60,981 nt of DNA from Octopus bimaculoides (GCF_001194135.2 NC_068982.1:29792602-29853582); one strand, 5' to 3'. Counted from the first letter of the stretch, positions 1 to 12,149 are shown. Notes: a model not told the origin generated them from the sequence alone. Numbers and translations are program-made.

Positions 1-211
1 TTTTCTCTTGTGTATATTGAGGGAATGTTTTACTGTCTTAAGAGACAGTATGATTGGCTAGCTGGGGTGGGAGGGAAGAAGAGTTAAAAAGGATTTTTTA
101 ATTTTTTTATTTTATTTTTGGTTGGTCTGTGACAGTCTGTCATGGTTCACTGGTTTTTGGAACTGGTTTTGTGCACATCTCTATGTGTGTGTGTATATAT
201 GTGTGTTTGTG

Positions 212-250
<39 letters not shown>

Positions 251-299
251 CGTTTTCATTGGTCCCAGAGTTTATTGTGGAATGTGTATATGAGTGAGT

Positions 300-1100
300 G
301 TTTGAGTGTTTTTTGTGTCGGTGGGGATGTTAGGTGTATGTACGTGAGAGTATGTATGTGTTGTTTTGATCGTCCTTGTGGTGTGTGTGTGCGAGAGAGC
401 AACCGTATGTATGTGTGAGGGTGTGTACGTATGTGTGCGTATGTGTGTGTATGTATGTGTGCATCTGTGTGTGTGCGTGGGAGTGTTTTTTGTGAGTGTG
501 GGAGTGTGTGTGTGTGTGAGTGTGTGTGTGTCTCTCTCTGTCTGAGTGAGTGTGTTGTTTTAAATACCCTTGTGGTGTGTGTGTGTGTGTGTAAGCAACT
601 NNNNNNNNNNNNNNNNNNNNNNNNNNNNNNNNNNNNNNNNNNNNNNNNNNNNNNNNNNNNNNNNNNNNNNNNNNNNNNNNNNNNNNNNNNNNNNNNNNNN
701 NNNNNNNNNNNNNNNNNNNNNNNNNNNNNNNNNNNNNNNNNNNNNNNNNNNNNNNNNNNNNNNNNNNNNNNNNNNNNNNNTATGTGTGTTTGTGTGTTTT
801 TTGTGTTGGCGGGGATGTTAGGTGTGTGTACGTGAGAGTGTGCGTATATCTATTTTTCTGAGTATGTATGTGTTGTTTTAATCGTCCTTGTGGTGTGTGT
901 GTGTGAGAGAGAGCAACCGTATGTATGTGTGAGGGTGTGTACATATGTGTGTATGTATGTGTGCATCTGTGTGTGTGCGTGGGAGTGTTTTTTGTGAGTG
1001 TGGGAGTGTGTGTGTGTGTGAGTGTGTGTGTGTCTCTCTCTGTCTGAGTGAGTGTGTTGTTTTAAATACCCTTGTGGTGTGTGTGTGTGTGTGTAAGCAA
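300..1100. repeat. Two diverged copies of a ~300-bp GT-rich unit on either side of N-gap 601-780
   Basis: The block ggggatgttaggtgt...caaccgtatgtatgtgtgaggg...ttttaaatacccttgtggtg...gtaagcaact occurs at ~305-600 and ~790-1101, with several substitutions and a ~22-bp indel. Confidence 0.8.
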
Positions 1101-1407
1101 CTGTATGTGTGTCTGATGGTTCATATATTATATATATATATATATATATGTATATACATGCAAATGGTAAACAATGAAAATAAGTGCTGAACACCACATT
1201 GGTGGATATAAGTTCTTTATTTGAAAGTTAAGGCTAACATTGGTTTCATGTTGAGAAAAGTAGGAAAATATCCTAGGTTCTTAACAATTTTTCAAACCAG
1301 TCACATGGAGAAAGGTGTTTGCCTCCATTTTGGAAATCACAGCCTTCTTTAGTTCATGGGAATTCTCATGAATTCATGTGAATAAAGCAATGAATCATTG
1401 AATCAAT

Positions 1408-1451
1408 GAATATATATATATATATATATCTATATATATATATATATATAT

Positions 1452-1507
<56 letters not shown>
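1408..1507. repeat. Compound (AT)n-(AG)n microsatellite
   Basis: Read directly from the sequence. Confidence 0.95.
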
Positions 1508-1508
<1 letters not shown>

Positions 1509-1901
1509 AAGGTGGAGCAGAACGCCCTGAGCAACACTTTTATTTGGGGGGAACACTTTTGGGTCTGCTGTATATTGGCCCAAGTGTTTGGAGGGGGGAC
1601 TCAAGGGCCGCTCTTGGAGGCCCTGATGGCTACACCAATGTAAAAAAGTCACCCATTGAAAGGTGGACCAAATCTAAAATAATTATGTGTTGAAATATCT
1701 ATCATTGCATCAACCCATTATGATACATCCTAATGAGTCACATGTGACGTAACCCCTTTTGATAGGTTCCTCCCCTCTCAGTCTTTCCCTACTCCAACAC
1801 ATGGCACTGTCAGAGTTTTCATATGTCTTCTTTTAGGAACTGGGATTTCAGCATTTTTCTCTCTCTGCCATTCAAATCTTCATTTGAATTAAATCAAGGT
1901 C

Positions 1902-2061
1902 AGGTGCAGGAGTGGTCATGTGGTAAGAAGTTTACTTCCCAACCACATGGTTCTAGGTTCAGTCACACAGCATGGCCCATTAGGCAAATGTCCTCTACTA
2001 TAAACTAGGTCTAACCAAAGCCTTGTGAGTGGAATTGGTTCATGGAAACTGAAAGAAACCC

Positions 2062-2102
<41 letters not shown>

Positions 2103-2330
2103 ATGTGCATCTTTGAGCTTGTGTTTGTCCCCTACCACCACTTGAAAATGATGTTGATTTGTTTGTGCCCCTGTGACTTAGTGGTTTAGCAAAAAGAAAC
2201 CAACAAAATAAGTACCAAGCATCAGAAAACAGTACTAGCGGGGTGTGGGGGCTGATTTGTTCAACTAAGCCCTTTAAGGTGATACCCCACGATGGCTTCT
2301 GTTCACTGACTAAAATAAGTGAAAGAGAAG
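1902..2330 (+). mobile_element. tRNA-derived SINE family A, near full length, with internal (GT)n
   Basis: Head gtggtaagaag...ggttcagtc (A/B-box-like), body ccaaagccttgtgagtgga...gaaactgaaagaa, internal microsatellite, tail ending tgactaaaataagtgaaag; homologous to many other copies in the window. Confidence 0.85.
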
Positions 2331-2699
2331 AGAACAAAGATAATTGTTAGAATCTTTGTCAGTATCACTGTCATGAACAACTTGAATGACATTTTGGTGA
2401 ATGATATTTTGTACTTCATGGCCGAATATCATAGAAATTTCAACTTAGTGAACTTTAACAATGATTGCTGAGACATTGTGTTCACAAAGCATTTTTTTAG
2501 CATTATTTCTTTCAGAAACAAAACTGGAAAACTTTTTTCCACCTCAGTAACAAAAAAGTCTCTCAAATCTTCAAATCTTCATAAATAAAATGACAAACAT
2601 GCTTTTGGTTTGTTCTTTTTTTTTTTTATAGTTACAAGAATTCAAATTAGAAACAGAAGTTATTATTTTCCTTTCACCACACATTTATTTGGAATGATG

Positions 2700-3100
2700 C
2701 ACATTGGTGTTAGGAAGGGCATCCAGTAATAGAAAAACCATGCTGAATAAGATTGGAACCTGGTGCAACTCCCCATCTTACCAGTTTTCAATCAAACAGT
2801 CCAGCCCATGCCAGCATGGAAAACAAATGTTAAATGATGATGATGATGAGGATTATGATAAAAGCGATCCATATGCACATGTATCATCATCATCGTCATC
2901 TTCCTCTTCCCCACCTCTTCCCTCCTTATCATCATCCTCATTAACAACAACAACATTTTTATGATTACTTTTCCATGCTTGCATGGGTCAGACAAAATTC
3001 ATTGATGTAGATTTTTCATGGCTGGATACTCTTATTGTAACTGACCTTCACCCATTTCCAAACAATGTAATATTCCCCATGGCTAGACGTGTCTTCATCA
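2700..3100. mobile_element. Two oppositely oriented RTE-LINE 3'-end fragments (family D) joined at (GAT)n/(CAT)n tails
   Basis: + copy ttaggaagggcatccag...ccagcatggaaaacaaatgttaaatgatgatg at ~2700-2850; - copy ttttccatgcttgcatggg...ggctggatactctt at ~2960-3100. Confidence 0.75.
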
Positions 3101-3249
3101 AAGAATGGAATCAAAGGACACTACACATAGTACTTTGATGTTAGACACAAATACACACACCCAAGTAAGAATTCTCTCTCCTTTGTAAAGGATCACATCT
3201 GTGGAATTAGCTCATCCTGGGATACGATATGATTTCTATAGAGCACCGA

Positions 3250-3592
3250 ATAGGTGCAGACATGGCTGTGTGGTAAGAAGCTTCCTTCCAAACAACATGA
3301 TTCCAAGTTCAGTCCCACTACATGGCACCTTGGGCAAGTGTCTTCTACTATACCTTTGGGCTGACCAAAACCCATGAATGGGTTTAGTAAATGGAAACTG
3401 AAAGAAGCTCATTGTATACATATATATATGTTGGTTTGTTTACATCTCTAACTTAGTGGTTTGGTAAAATAGACCAATAAAATAAGTACCAGGCTTTAAA
3501 AAAATGTTCTGAGGTTGATTCATTTAACTAAGAGTTATTTAAGGTGGTGCCCCAGCATAGCTGCAGCCTAATGACTGAAACAGATAAAAGAT
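3250..3592 (+). mobile_element. SINE family A
   Basis: ataggtgcagacatggctgtgtggtaagaagc...tgactgaaacagataaaag. Confidence 0.85.
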
Positions 3593-4179
3593 ATATATAT
3601 ATGTATGTGTGTGTATATATGTGTGCATGTGTGTTTGTGTGTGTATTTATATGTGTGTGTATATATATGTGCATGCCCCTATATATACAAGTGTGCATGT
3701 GTATGTTTGTGTGTTTGTGTGTGTATATATATGTGCATGAGTGCATGCCCCTATATATATATATATACATATATNNNNNNNNNNNNNNNNNNNNNNNNNN
3801 NNNNNNNNNNNNNNNNNNNNNNNNNNNNNNNNNNNNNNNNNNNNNNNNNNNNNNNNNNNNNNNNNNNNNNNNNNNNNNNNNNNNNNNNNNNNNNNNNNNN
3901 NNNNNNNNNNNNNNNNNNNNNNNNNNNNNNNNNNNNNNNNNNNNNNNNTTCTGTTTACCAAAGACACATACAAGGCATTAAATCAGCCCAAGGCTATATA
4001 ATAGAATATTCTTGCCTAAGGTTCCACACACTGGAACTGTACTCAAAACAACAAGAAGGAATTTCTTTTGGCTTTGAGGGCACTGTGTGAAATAACTTTA
4101 ATTTCTTCTAGTTTATGTCAGACATCTTATCTATTATTCCACATCTTTGCAGTTACCTCACTACCATTACTATAACAGA

Positions 4180-4543
4180 GACCAATCATCTGCAGTCAGT
4201 CATCAAGACTATATGACTGTTCATGGCTTTGGCATGCCTTGATAAGCTTTCTCCATACTGGTCAGTTTTTCACTTGAGTTTGCCATTTATTATGATTGAT
4301 TCCTTGCCACTTCATAGTCATTTTTGCAATATCTTTGAATCTCAGTCTAGGTCTTCCATGGTTTCTGTTCCCCTTGCATAATTGGGACTAAAAGATTTGT
4401 CTGGGGAATTTGTTTTTGTTCATCCTGTGTACGTAACCCAACTAACATAAATTTCTATCAGTTAGGATTTCCATCATAGAAGGCAAACCAACATGCTGTA
4501 GGGTCTCTTCGTTCTTGATCTTGTCAAAGAGAGTAATATCCAT
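4180..4543 (-). mobile_element. RTE-clade (BovB-like) LINE ORF C-terminal fragment, pseudogenised
   Basis: Minus-strand translation MDITLFDKIKNEETLQHVGLPSMMEILTDRNLC*LGYVHRMNKNKFPRQIF*SQLCKGNRNHGRPRLRFKDIAK matches the RTE post-RT pattern I.W.DKI.NEE.L...W.GHV.RM...R.P.Q.....L..G.R..GRP..R.KD. Confidence 0.8.
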
Positions 4544-4699
4544 AATTGTTACTAATTCATAGTGGACCTCATCATGCACAACTTTTATTCCTTAACATTC
4601 TCAAATTAATTAATTATTGATTCTTCACTACGCAAGATATCATCTTCAATTGTTAACTTATCATCTTTATCAAGAATCTGTTTGATGAGAGACACATGG

Positions 4700-4890
4700 T
4701 TTGAAATTTTGTGGAGAGGGGCCAGTTGATTACATCAATGCCAGTGCTCAAATGATACTTATTTTACTGATATCAAAAGAACAAAAGGCAATGTCATCCT
4801 CAGTGACATTTGAATTCAGAAGGTAAAGTTGGAAGGAATGCCACTAAACATTTTGTCTGGTGTGATCACAGTTCTGCCAGCTCGCCACCC
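4700..4890 (-). mobile_element. tRNA-derived SINE family B
   Basis: Reverse complement of the ggcgagctggcagaa...ctgaattcaaat...gcctttt...cagtaaaataagtatc...ctggcattgatgtaatc consensus also seen at 30236, 31565 and 53514. Confidence 0.75.
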
Positions 4891-5119
4891 TTTATCTCTA
4901 TAATCAATAAACATTATTAATGTCACTTTCAACATGTTCCGTTGCTCCCTAACACATTACAATTGACTGTTTTAATTCCATTTAGAAGACATATTCATTT
5001 TAAAAGACTTATTGAAATATTTATTGCTTCAAATTTCTTATTTCAGAAAATATCTCTTGCTGATGCCTTGTCTGTTCTCAACGCAATTTAACACGGGCTA
5101 GGATCAAATAAATCCTTTC

Positions 5120-5305
5120 ATAGGCACAGGTGTGGTTGTGTGGTAAGAAATTAGCTTCCAAACCACACAGCTCAGAGTTTGGTCCCATTGCATGTCACTT
5201 TGAGCAATCTTCTAGTGTAGCCCTAGGGTGACCAGAACCTTGTGAGTGGATTTGGTAGATGGAAACTTAAAGAAGCCTATCATATATACAATTATATATA
5301 TACAT

Positions 5306-5382
<77 letters not shown>
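5120..5382 (+). mobile_element. SINE family A 5' half running into (CA)n and an N-gap
   Basis: ataggcacaggtgtggttgtgtggtaagaa...gtgagtggatttggtagatggaaact. Confidence 0.8.
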
Positions 5383-5806
5383 NNNNNNNNNNNNNNNNNN
5401 NNNNNNNNNNNNNNNNNNNNNNNNNNNNNNNNNNNNNNNNNNNNNNNNNNNNNNNNNNNNNNNNNNNNNNNNNNNNNNNNNNNNNNNNNNNNNNNNNNNN
5501 NNNNNNNNNNNNNNNNNNNNNNNNNNNNNNNNNNNNNNNNNNNNNNNNNNNNNNNNNNNNNNNNNNNNNNNNNNNNNNNNNNNNNNNNNNNNNNNNNNNN
5601 NNNNNNNNNNNNNNNNNNNNNNNNNNNNNNNNNNNNNNNNNNNNNNNNNNNNNNNNNNNNNNNNNNNNNNNNNNNNNNNNNNNNNNNNNNNNNNNNNNNN
5701 NNNNNNNNNNNNNNNNNNNNNNNNNNNNNNNNNNNNNNNNNNNNNNNNNNATATATAGATATATCGTTGAAAAAAGATTAGAGATCTATACAAATAAAAT
5801 TTTTAT

Positions 5807-6134
5807 ATATAAAAAGATGGAGGTGGAAATAGTACAGAATTAAGTCTAAGACATTTCAGTGTAAGAGGGAATTTAATAAAAGATTATATAAATAAAAATA
5901 TTAATATTACCGATTTCGATGTTCTCAAGAACATCGAAATCGGTAATAAGATAGACTGTTTTTACTTCAAATTTAAAAAATTTTTATAAACTTTTACTAA
6001 TATTTGATAAGATGAAATACATCAAAACTGGTAATATTAATATTTTAATTTATATAATCTTTTATTAAATTCCCTTTTAAACTGAAACATCTTAGACTTA
6101 ATTCTGTGCTATTTCCAACTCCATCTTTATATAT
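5807..6134. repeat. Foldback element with ~115-bp imperfect inverted arms and an internal perfect 21-bp hairpin
   Basis: Arm ~5807-5925 is the reverse complement of ~6014-6134 (about 10 mismatches); tattaccgatttcgatgttct (5905-5925) pairs perfectly with agaacatcgaaatcggtaata (5928-5948). Confidence 0.9.
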
Positions 6135-6238
6135 ATATATATTTATATACTGACGGTGATAAACTGAATATTAATTTCAATTTAAAACCAGTGGTCTAGC
6201 ATATATAAAAATCTGATAATTCAGAAAAATTGTTTTAC

Positions 6239-6441
6239 ATGCGTATAAGAAGGGATGACCACTAGGTGGACATTCAATATGTTAGAAAGGGGTCATCAAC
6301 GACCCAACCACAAAGAAAAATCATGTTCTCCAGTGTTTGCTGAATTTTTTTCTGGAGAACATGATTTTTCTTTGTGGTTGGGTCGTTGATGACCTCTTTC
6401 TAGCATATTGGATGTCTACCTAGTTGTCATCCCTTCTTATA

Positions 6442-6446
<5 letters not shown>
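6239..6446. repeat. 95-bp inverted repeat with an 18-nt loop
   Basis: Arms 6239-6333 and 6352-6446 aligned by hand: 6 differences, inner 43 bp perfect. Confidence 0.95.
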
Positions 6447-6482
<36 letters not shown>

Positions 6483-6639
6483 GTGTNNNNNNNNNNNNNN
6501 NNNNNCTTCCGATCTATTAGGCATATATATGTATGCGTGTGTGTGTCCGTGTTCGTGCATGTGTGTGTGTGTGTGTGCGTGTGTGCGAGCACATCTTATT
6601 GTCTCCTTGTTTTGACATCACATGATGTTTGCAAATGAG

Positions 6640-6830
6640 TGTCACTGTCACGCAAGGGACATCCTTCATTTCCAATCTCCCATGAAAAACATGTCTGTCC
6701 ATAGAGAAATTATTTCCTCGGTTGGAAACGAGTGAGGGCTGGTGACAGGAAGAGCATCCAGCTGTAGAAAATCCACCTCAACAAATTCCATCTGACCCAT
6801 AGAAGTATGGAAAAGTGGACACTAAAATGA
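6640..6830 (+). mobile_element. RTE-LINE 3'-end fragment (family D variant)
   Basis: gacaggaagagcatccagctgtagaaa...cccatagaagtatggaaaagtggacactaaaatgatgat. Confidence 0.7.
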
Positions 6831-7099
6831 TGATAAATTACACTTATTTTATAGTCCTCTTGTATTCTGAGATTCCCACCAATTTTTTTTTTTTTTTTTT
6901 TTTGCATCACCACAAACAGAGAAGTCCAATTATTCCTTCCAGAAGGAATCATTTCTCAGAGATCCTCATTAATTATTTTTTTCCAGCTTCTCTATGACTA
7001 ATGGCTTAATGTGTATCAGTAATAGTCTTACTTCAAAATAACATGACCTATTATTGCTTTTGAAAAGAATGTTTGCATTAAAAGCTCTTAATCTCCCAA

Positions 7100-7385
7100 A
7101 TAATTCCCATGAATTAATGCTAAGCAATCAATTTTTCCATCAAATCCATTCCAAAGAAGCCGTGATTTTGGTTTTTCTACATTCACTAACACTGACACTC
7201 ATGACATTTGTTCTCTTATTAGTTTCCATTAAGGCATCAAACTTGACCAAAATTTTAACAAGTGATCATTCAAATTGTTTCAGTCTGAGATTGCTGTTCA
7301 ACTTCGGTTTATATTAAATCCATCTAGAACTTCTAAGACCTTACCAATACCTGACTGCCAGTGTCAACTTGCAACATCATGTTAA
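7100..7385 (-). mobile_element. Possible highly decayed Ty3/Gypsy aspartic-protease fragment
   Basis: Minus strand gives LQVDTGSQV (D-T-G protease motif) and, further on, FFGMDLMEK, resembling the L.G.DW motif; frames are broken. Confidence 0.35.
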
Positions 7386-7732
7386 CATTCAGTTTTACAT
7401 TACTCTTTGAAGCCTTTTATTTTATTTTATTTAGTTATCTATTTATTTATTTATTTTGCTGCCAATTTCATAAACACTTGCAGAAACTTCATTTTCATTT
7501 TCTGCAATTTATCTGTTATCGTTTATCCTTCACTTGGTCCCAGTCATTAAACATTCAGCCATGCTGGAGCAACACCTTAAGAACTTCAGTTGAACTAATC
7601 AACCCCAGTATTAAAGTTTTTTTCTCTTTTTTTATATAGTTTTGTACTTATTTTATCAATCTTTTTTTACTGAACCACTAAAGTTAAGGGGATGTAAACA
7701 AACCAACGCTGGTTGAACAAGCACTGATACAT

Positions 7733-7766
<34 letters not shown>

Positions 7767-7782
7767 ATCATACACACATATA

Positions 7783-7814
<32 letters not shown>

Positions 7815-7816
7815 CA

Positions 7817-7855
<39 letters not shown>

Positions 7856-7864
7856 GTGCATATA

Positions 7865-8152
7865 TTCTTTTATTCTTTTACTTGATTCAGTCATTTGATT
7901 GTGGCCATGCTGGAGCACCACCTTTAGTCGGACAATCGACTCCAGGACTTATTCTTTGTAAGCCTAGTACTTATTCTATCAGTCTCTTCTGCCGAACAGC
8001 TAAGTTACAGGGACATAAACACACCAACATCGGTTGTCAAGCGATGGTGGGGTGACAAACACAAGCACACAAATATACTCACACACACACACACACACAC
8101 TCACACGCACACATATACACACTCACACATGCGCACACACACAGACACACAG

Positions 8153-8183
<31 letters not shown>

Positions 8184-8340
8184 TATAAATATACGATGGG
8201 CTTCTTTCCATTTCCGTCTACCAAATCCACTCACAAGGCTTTTGTCGGCCCAAGGCTATAATAGTAGAAGGCACTTGCTCAAGATACGATATAGTGGCAC
8301 TGAACCTGAAACCACATGGTTGCAAAACATGTACCTACCT
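7865..8340 (-). mobile_element. SINE family A, full length; a second partial copy lies at ~7555-7760
   Basis: ttttacttgattcagtcatttgattgtggccatgctggagcacc...(CA)n...ccaaatccactcacaaggc...ctgaacctgaaaccacatgg. Confidence 0.85.
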
Positions 8341-8528
8341 CCTCATTTATGCTCCAAAACATGTGGATCTGAATAGTCATCTGGGAGGTCATGGATGGCG
8401 AGTTAGAGATGCTTTGACAATGAGGAAGCACGAGGAGATGACAATCGTCTGTGAAGATGGAACAATCAACATATGTGTATGTATGTTTAAAGAATAGATA
8501 TATTTCATTAGCATCTGCAACATAGACA

Positions 8529-8559
<31 letters not shown>

Positions 8560-8737
8560 TTAACTCTCTTTGTGCATGTGTATGCGTATGTGTTTGAGTT
8601 TCAGTAGCTGTCAATCTACCTACCTATTTACAAAGCAACCTATTTGTCTATTAATCAAATAATCTTACTTTCTCTTAATGCAAGAGATGCACAAATTCTT
8701 GATAAACTTCACATAATATAAGACAAGTTTTATATTC

Positions 8738-8919
8738 ATTATTTACATTATTTACAATTGATGGATATTTGTCCTCATCTTGTTTGTTGTTAACACAACG
8801 TTTCGGCTGATATACCCTCCAGCCTTCAACAGGTGTCTTGGGTAAATTTCGAACCTGAGTTCTCATTCCTAAGGTATTTTTCAATGTTATTCCGAGTTCG
8901 ATTCCAGGCAGTGACCTGA

Positions 8920-8977
<58 letters not shown>

Positions 8978-9312
8978 TAATAATAATTCAAATTACGACA
9001 AATGTAAATAAACAAACGAAGTTTGATTTTAGAAGCGTTGAGATGTCTTTAGAAAGTTAAAGAAGTGATTTTTTTAAATTCTCAATCGCAGACTAATGCT
9101 AATAATATAGCCTGAACAGGATAAACTACCCCTATTTTGCAGAGAAAAGTGTAGGTGGCTAGCTATAATAACATCAAAAAATACCTTAGGAATAAGAACT
9201 CAGATTCGAAATTTCTCCAAGACACCTGATGAAGGCTGGAGGATATATCAGCCGAAACGTGTTAACAACAAACAAGATGAGGACAAATATCCGTCAATTG
9301 TAAATAATGTAC
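8738..9312. mobile_element. Inverted pair of Penelope-like terminal repeats (pLTR-like), each with a minimal hammerhead-ribozyme-like motif
   Basis: Arm ~8738-8882 is the reverse complement of ~9177-9312; + copy reads gacac-ctgatga-a-ggctg-(loop)-cagcc-gaaac-gt (9221-9260); the spacer contains (TAA)n at ~8921-8987. Confidence 0.7.
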
Positions 9313-9489
9313 AACTTATAAATCTGTGTTCCTCAAATTTATAATAAATAAAGTTCACAGATTATTGTGGTCTCATAGTAAGCAGCATTTAATTAGACAT
9401 TTCTTTTGCTTTATGATGCAAACTGAGATAGCTGCAGCTTGAGTTTGTTTCCTAGAATTATTGTTGTTTAATCCCAAGTCATCTCCATG

Positions 9490-9735
9490 GTCTTCATTAT
9501 CATCACTTAACATCCATTTTCCATGCTGACATGGGTTGAATAGTTTGACAGGAACTGGCAAGCCAGAAGTAGTATTGATGCCTTTCCTGTTGCCAATCAT
9601 TTTACAGAGTAGACTTGGTGCTTTTACATAGCATAGGCACTAGTGAAATCACCAAGTAATTACATCCTCATCAATGCTGGTGCCTCATAAAATACACCCA
9701 AGACACTCAATAAAGTGGCTGGCATTAGGAAGTCT
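9490..9735. mobile_element. Decayed RTE 3'-end fragments (family D)
   Basis: catcacttaacatccattttccatgctgacatgggtt on the - strand; gtggctggcattaggaag on the + strand near 9715. Confidence 0.6.
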
Positions 9736-9919
9736 CATGATATTTCCTCATTGGTAAAAACACATAATCTAATGGATTCCCACTTTTAGACAAAACCACT
9801 TCATTTCATTTTGGTTTTTCTTTCCCTCCAGCTGTCAGATCCTCAATGTTCATTTGAATCAAGGGTGGAGAACGAAGAGGGTATTCATGTTTCCTTCACA
9901 TAATCCATAGGTACCTTAA

Positions 9920-10065
9920 CCCATTAGCATTTAAGCCATCTGTATCTGCTTGAAATATTCTACCTGTTTCATGTTCAGACTGGCCAGATCTGACCTCTCA
10001 CACCTATCCAGTAATGTAATTCTAAAAATAAACAGTCACATCATTGAAAACTGAAGGCTACAAAA
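9920..10065 (+). mobile_element. Truncated piggyBac-type MITE (left end only)
   Basis: Begins TTAA|CCCattagcatttaag; no right terminus before the (CAT)n tract at ~10070-10137. Confidence 0.45.
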
Positions 10066-10164
10066 AAGGCATCATCATCATTGTCATCATCATCGTCATC
10101 ATCATCATCATCGTCATCATCGTCATCATCATCATCTAAAAGACAGATATATATATGAGTGTTT

Positions 10165-10600
10165 GTATGTATGTATGTATGTTATTATTCAGTTTTATTT
10201 CAAGATTTGTTGCCAATAAAGAGTTGGTTTCTAACCTAGATCCAAGGCTCCTTTATTGAAATTTCAACATCACAACAGGGTATTTTTGTATGTATGTATG
10301 TATGTATGTATGTATGCAGGTTTGTATGTTTTGTTTTATGTATGCCTTCGCATATCTAGACATGTTCATATATGATAAACTTCTGGCAAGTCTTGTAGAT
10401 TTTTACAGTTTCAGTAATCTATTGGATCTGTAGTCTTCAAATCAGCTTTCTTCTTTCTGGTTTTGAGAAGACTAATTTCTCAAGATTGGTATTTAGACAG
10501 TGTGTTACATATCCCAGTGCCCCAATAATTATAGGTGCAAACCTCAACTTGTAATCTGGATAGAGTAACTGCAGATTATTTTGCTATTGTATACTGACAA
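10165..10600 (-). mobile_element. 3' end of an RLE-type non-LTR retrotransposon (R4/Dong-like) with a (TACA)n tail
   Basis: Minus strand gives LQLLYPDYKLRFAPIIIG/ALGYVTHCLNTNLEKLVFSKPERRKLI*RLQIQ*ITETVKIYKTCQKFII*, resembling the PIIIGALG...LQ...I.GT.KI end of the RLE domain; followed by a 3' UTR and catac repeats. Confidence 0.6.
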
Positions 10601-10772
10601 AAAATTTAAATGGCCACAAGAAAAAAACCCCCAGAAAATTCAGAGTTTCTCAAATGATTTCTTAAGTGATATTTGTTCTTCAATGATTCATGAACATTCC
10701 TATATCAATGTTATCTGCAAAAACACAATGAGTCAGTGATTGGGTTACTGAAGAAAACTTGTAACCAATATT

Positions 10773-10986
10773 GATTTCAAATTTTGGCACAGGACCAGCA
10801 ATTTTGGGGTAGGGGCTAAGTCACTTAAATTGACCCTAGTGCTCATCTGTTACTTATTTTATTGACTCCAAAAGGATGAAAGGCAAAGTCAACCCCGATG
10901 ATATTTGAACTCAGAATGTAAAGATTGAGAAAATACTGCTAAGTATTTTTCCCAATGTGCTAACAATTCTGCCAACTTTCCGCCTT
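10773..10986 (-). mobile_element. SINE family B with a ~10-bp TSD (accaatattg)
   Basis: Family B consensus; accaatattg occurs on both flanks. Confidence 0.75.
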
Positions 10987-11515
10987 GAACATGTGACCAA
11001 TATTGCTACAGTTATCCATTTGCAATATAAGATTCCGATAAAAGTAAAATGAAATGAAAAGAATTGGTTAGTCATAGCTACATTGAGCAGTTACATCTAC
11101 AACACCCATTTTATACTAAAACCCATCATAAGCTGTCTGGATACAAATCAGTCTCTGAAGTTTCAAACATCTTTCTATAGTTCTTATTAGCGCTGTAATG
11201 GGGGATATTTTTGCTAGCATTTGATGAAAATTCTTAAAATACAAGCATTCATTCCTGAGTGCTTTTTTTCAAACCTGAACACACCACATAGAGTAAGAAG
11301 AGAAGAGGGAGGAAACACCTTACTGTGCACTCTGGAAAACCTGATCGAACACTTAGCTTCTGAAGCTTCAATAACTCTCCCAAACTGTTGCTCTACAGAG
11401 TAACTTTCTTCTTTACTACAGAGTATGGCACAATGACAAATAAGTTTTTTTTTATCAGCAAATTCATTGTATATCAAGTATCAATTGAACTGTCATGGAA
11501 GTAAAAAGGCAAAAA

Positions 11516-11556
<41 letters not shown>

Positions 11557-11815
11557 AAAATAAGAAAAATCCTCGAGAGTAATTATATATTTATGTACCA
11601 CAGTACTAAGGTTTATAGGATGAATACAACGTACATTAGTAAGATGTATAATTATATCATGAAGTCTTCTGTCAGAAAGTATATTTATATGTTTATAAAC
11701 ATACAGACATACATACATAGAAATATATATATATATATATATTTAGAGAGAGAGAGAGAGAGAGAGCAAGAAAGTGAGAAAGAGACATATGTGTGTGTGT
11801 AAGTGTGTGTTTGTA

Positions 11816-11848
<33 letters not shown>

Positions 11849-11861
11849 TTGTATGTGTATT

Positions 11862-11892
<31 letters not shown>

Positions 11893-12131
11893 GTGCAAGC
11901 TACAGGAAAATGGACATTAAAACAATGAATTATATATTTAGTTTGAAACGTATATACAAGCAAAAACTATTCACATCAGCAAAAATATTAATGTTTAATG
12001 GTAGTGCAGGTGAAGCCTTGTAGCCAGAAACATTGCTTGGTCTGGTTTCAGTACCACAATGCTCACTTTGCACAGGGGTTCCTCAACAACTGTGGGCTCA
12101 CAATGACCAATAGAATACTTTCATCACCACC

Positions 12132-12149
<18 letters not shown>

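Noticed and set aside
300-1100. Tandem duplication as a biological novelty
   Set aside because: It straddles an N-gap and may be two haplotypes or a scaffolding overlap. Similar gap-flanking duplications occur at 13357-13446 and 14520-14740.
11214-11477. Short ORFs on both strands in unique sequence
   Set aside because: No recognisable domain or convincing splice pair; the length is compatible with chance.
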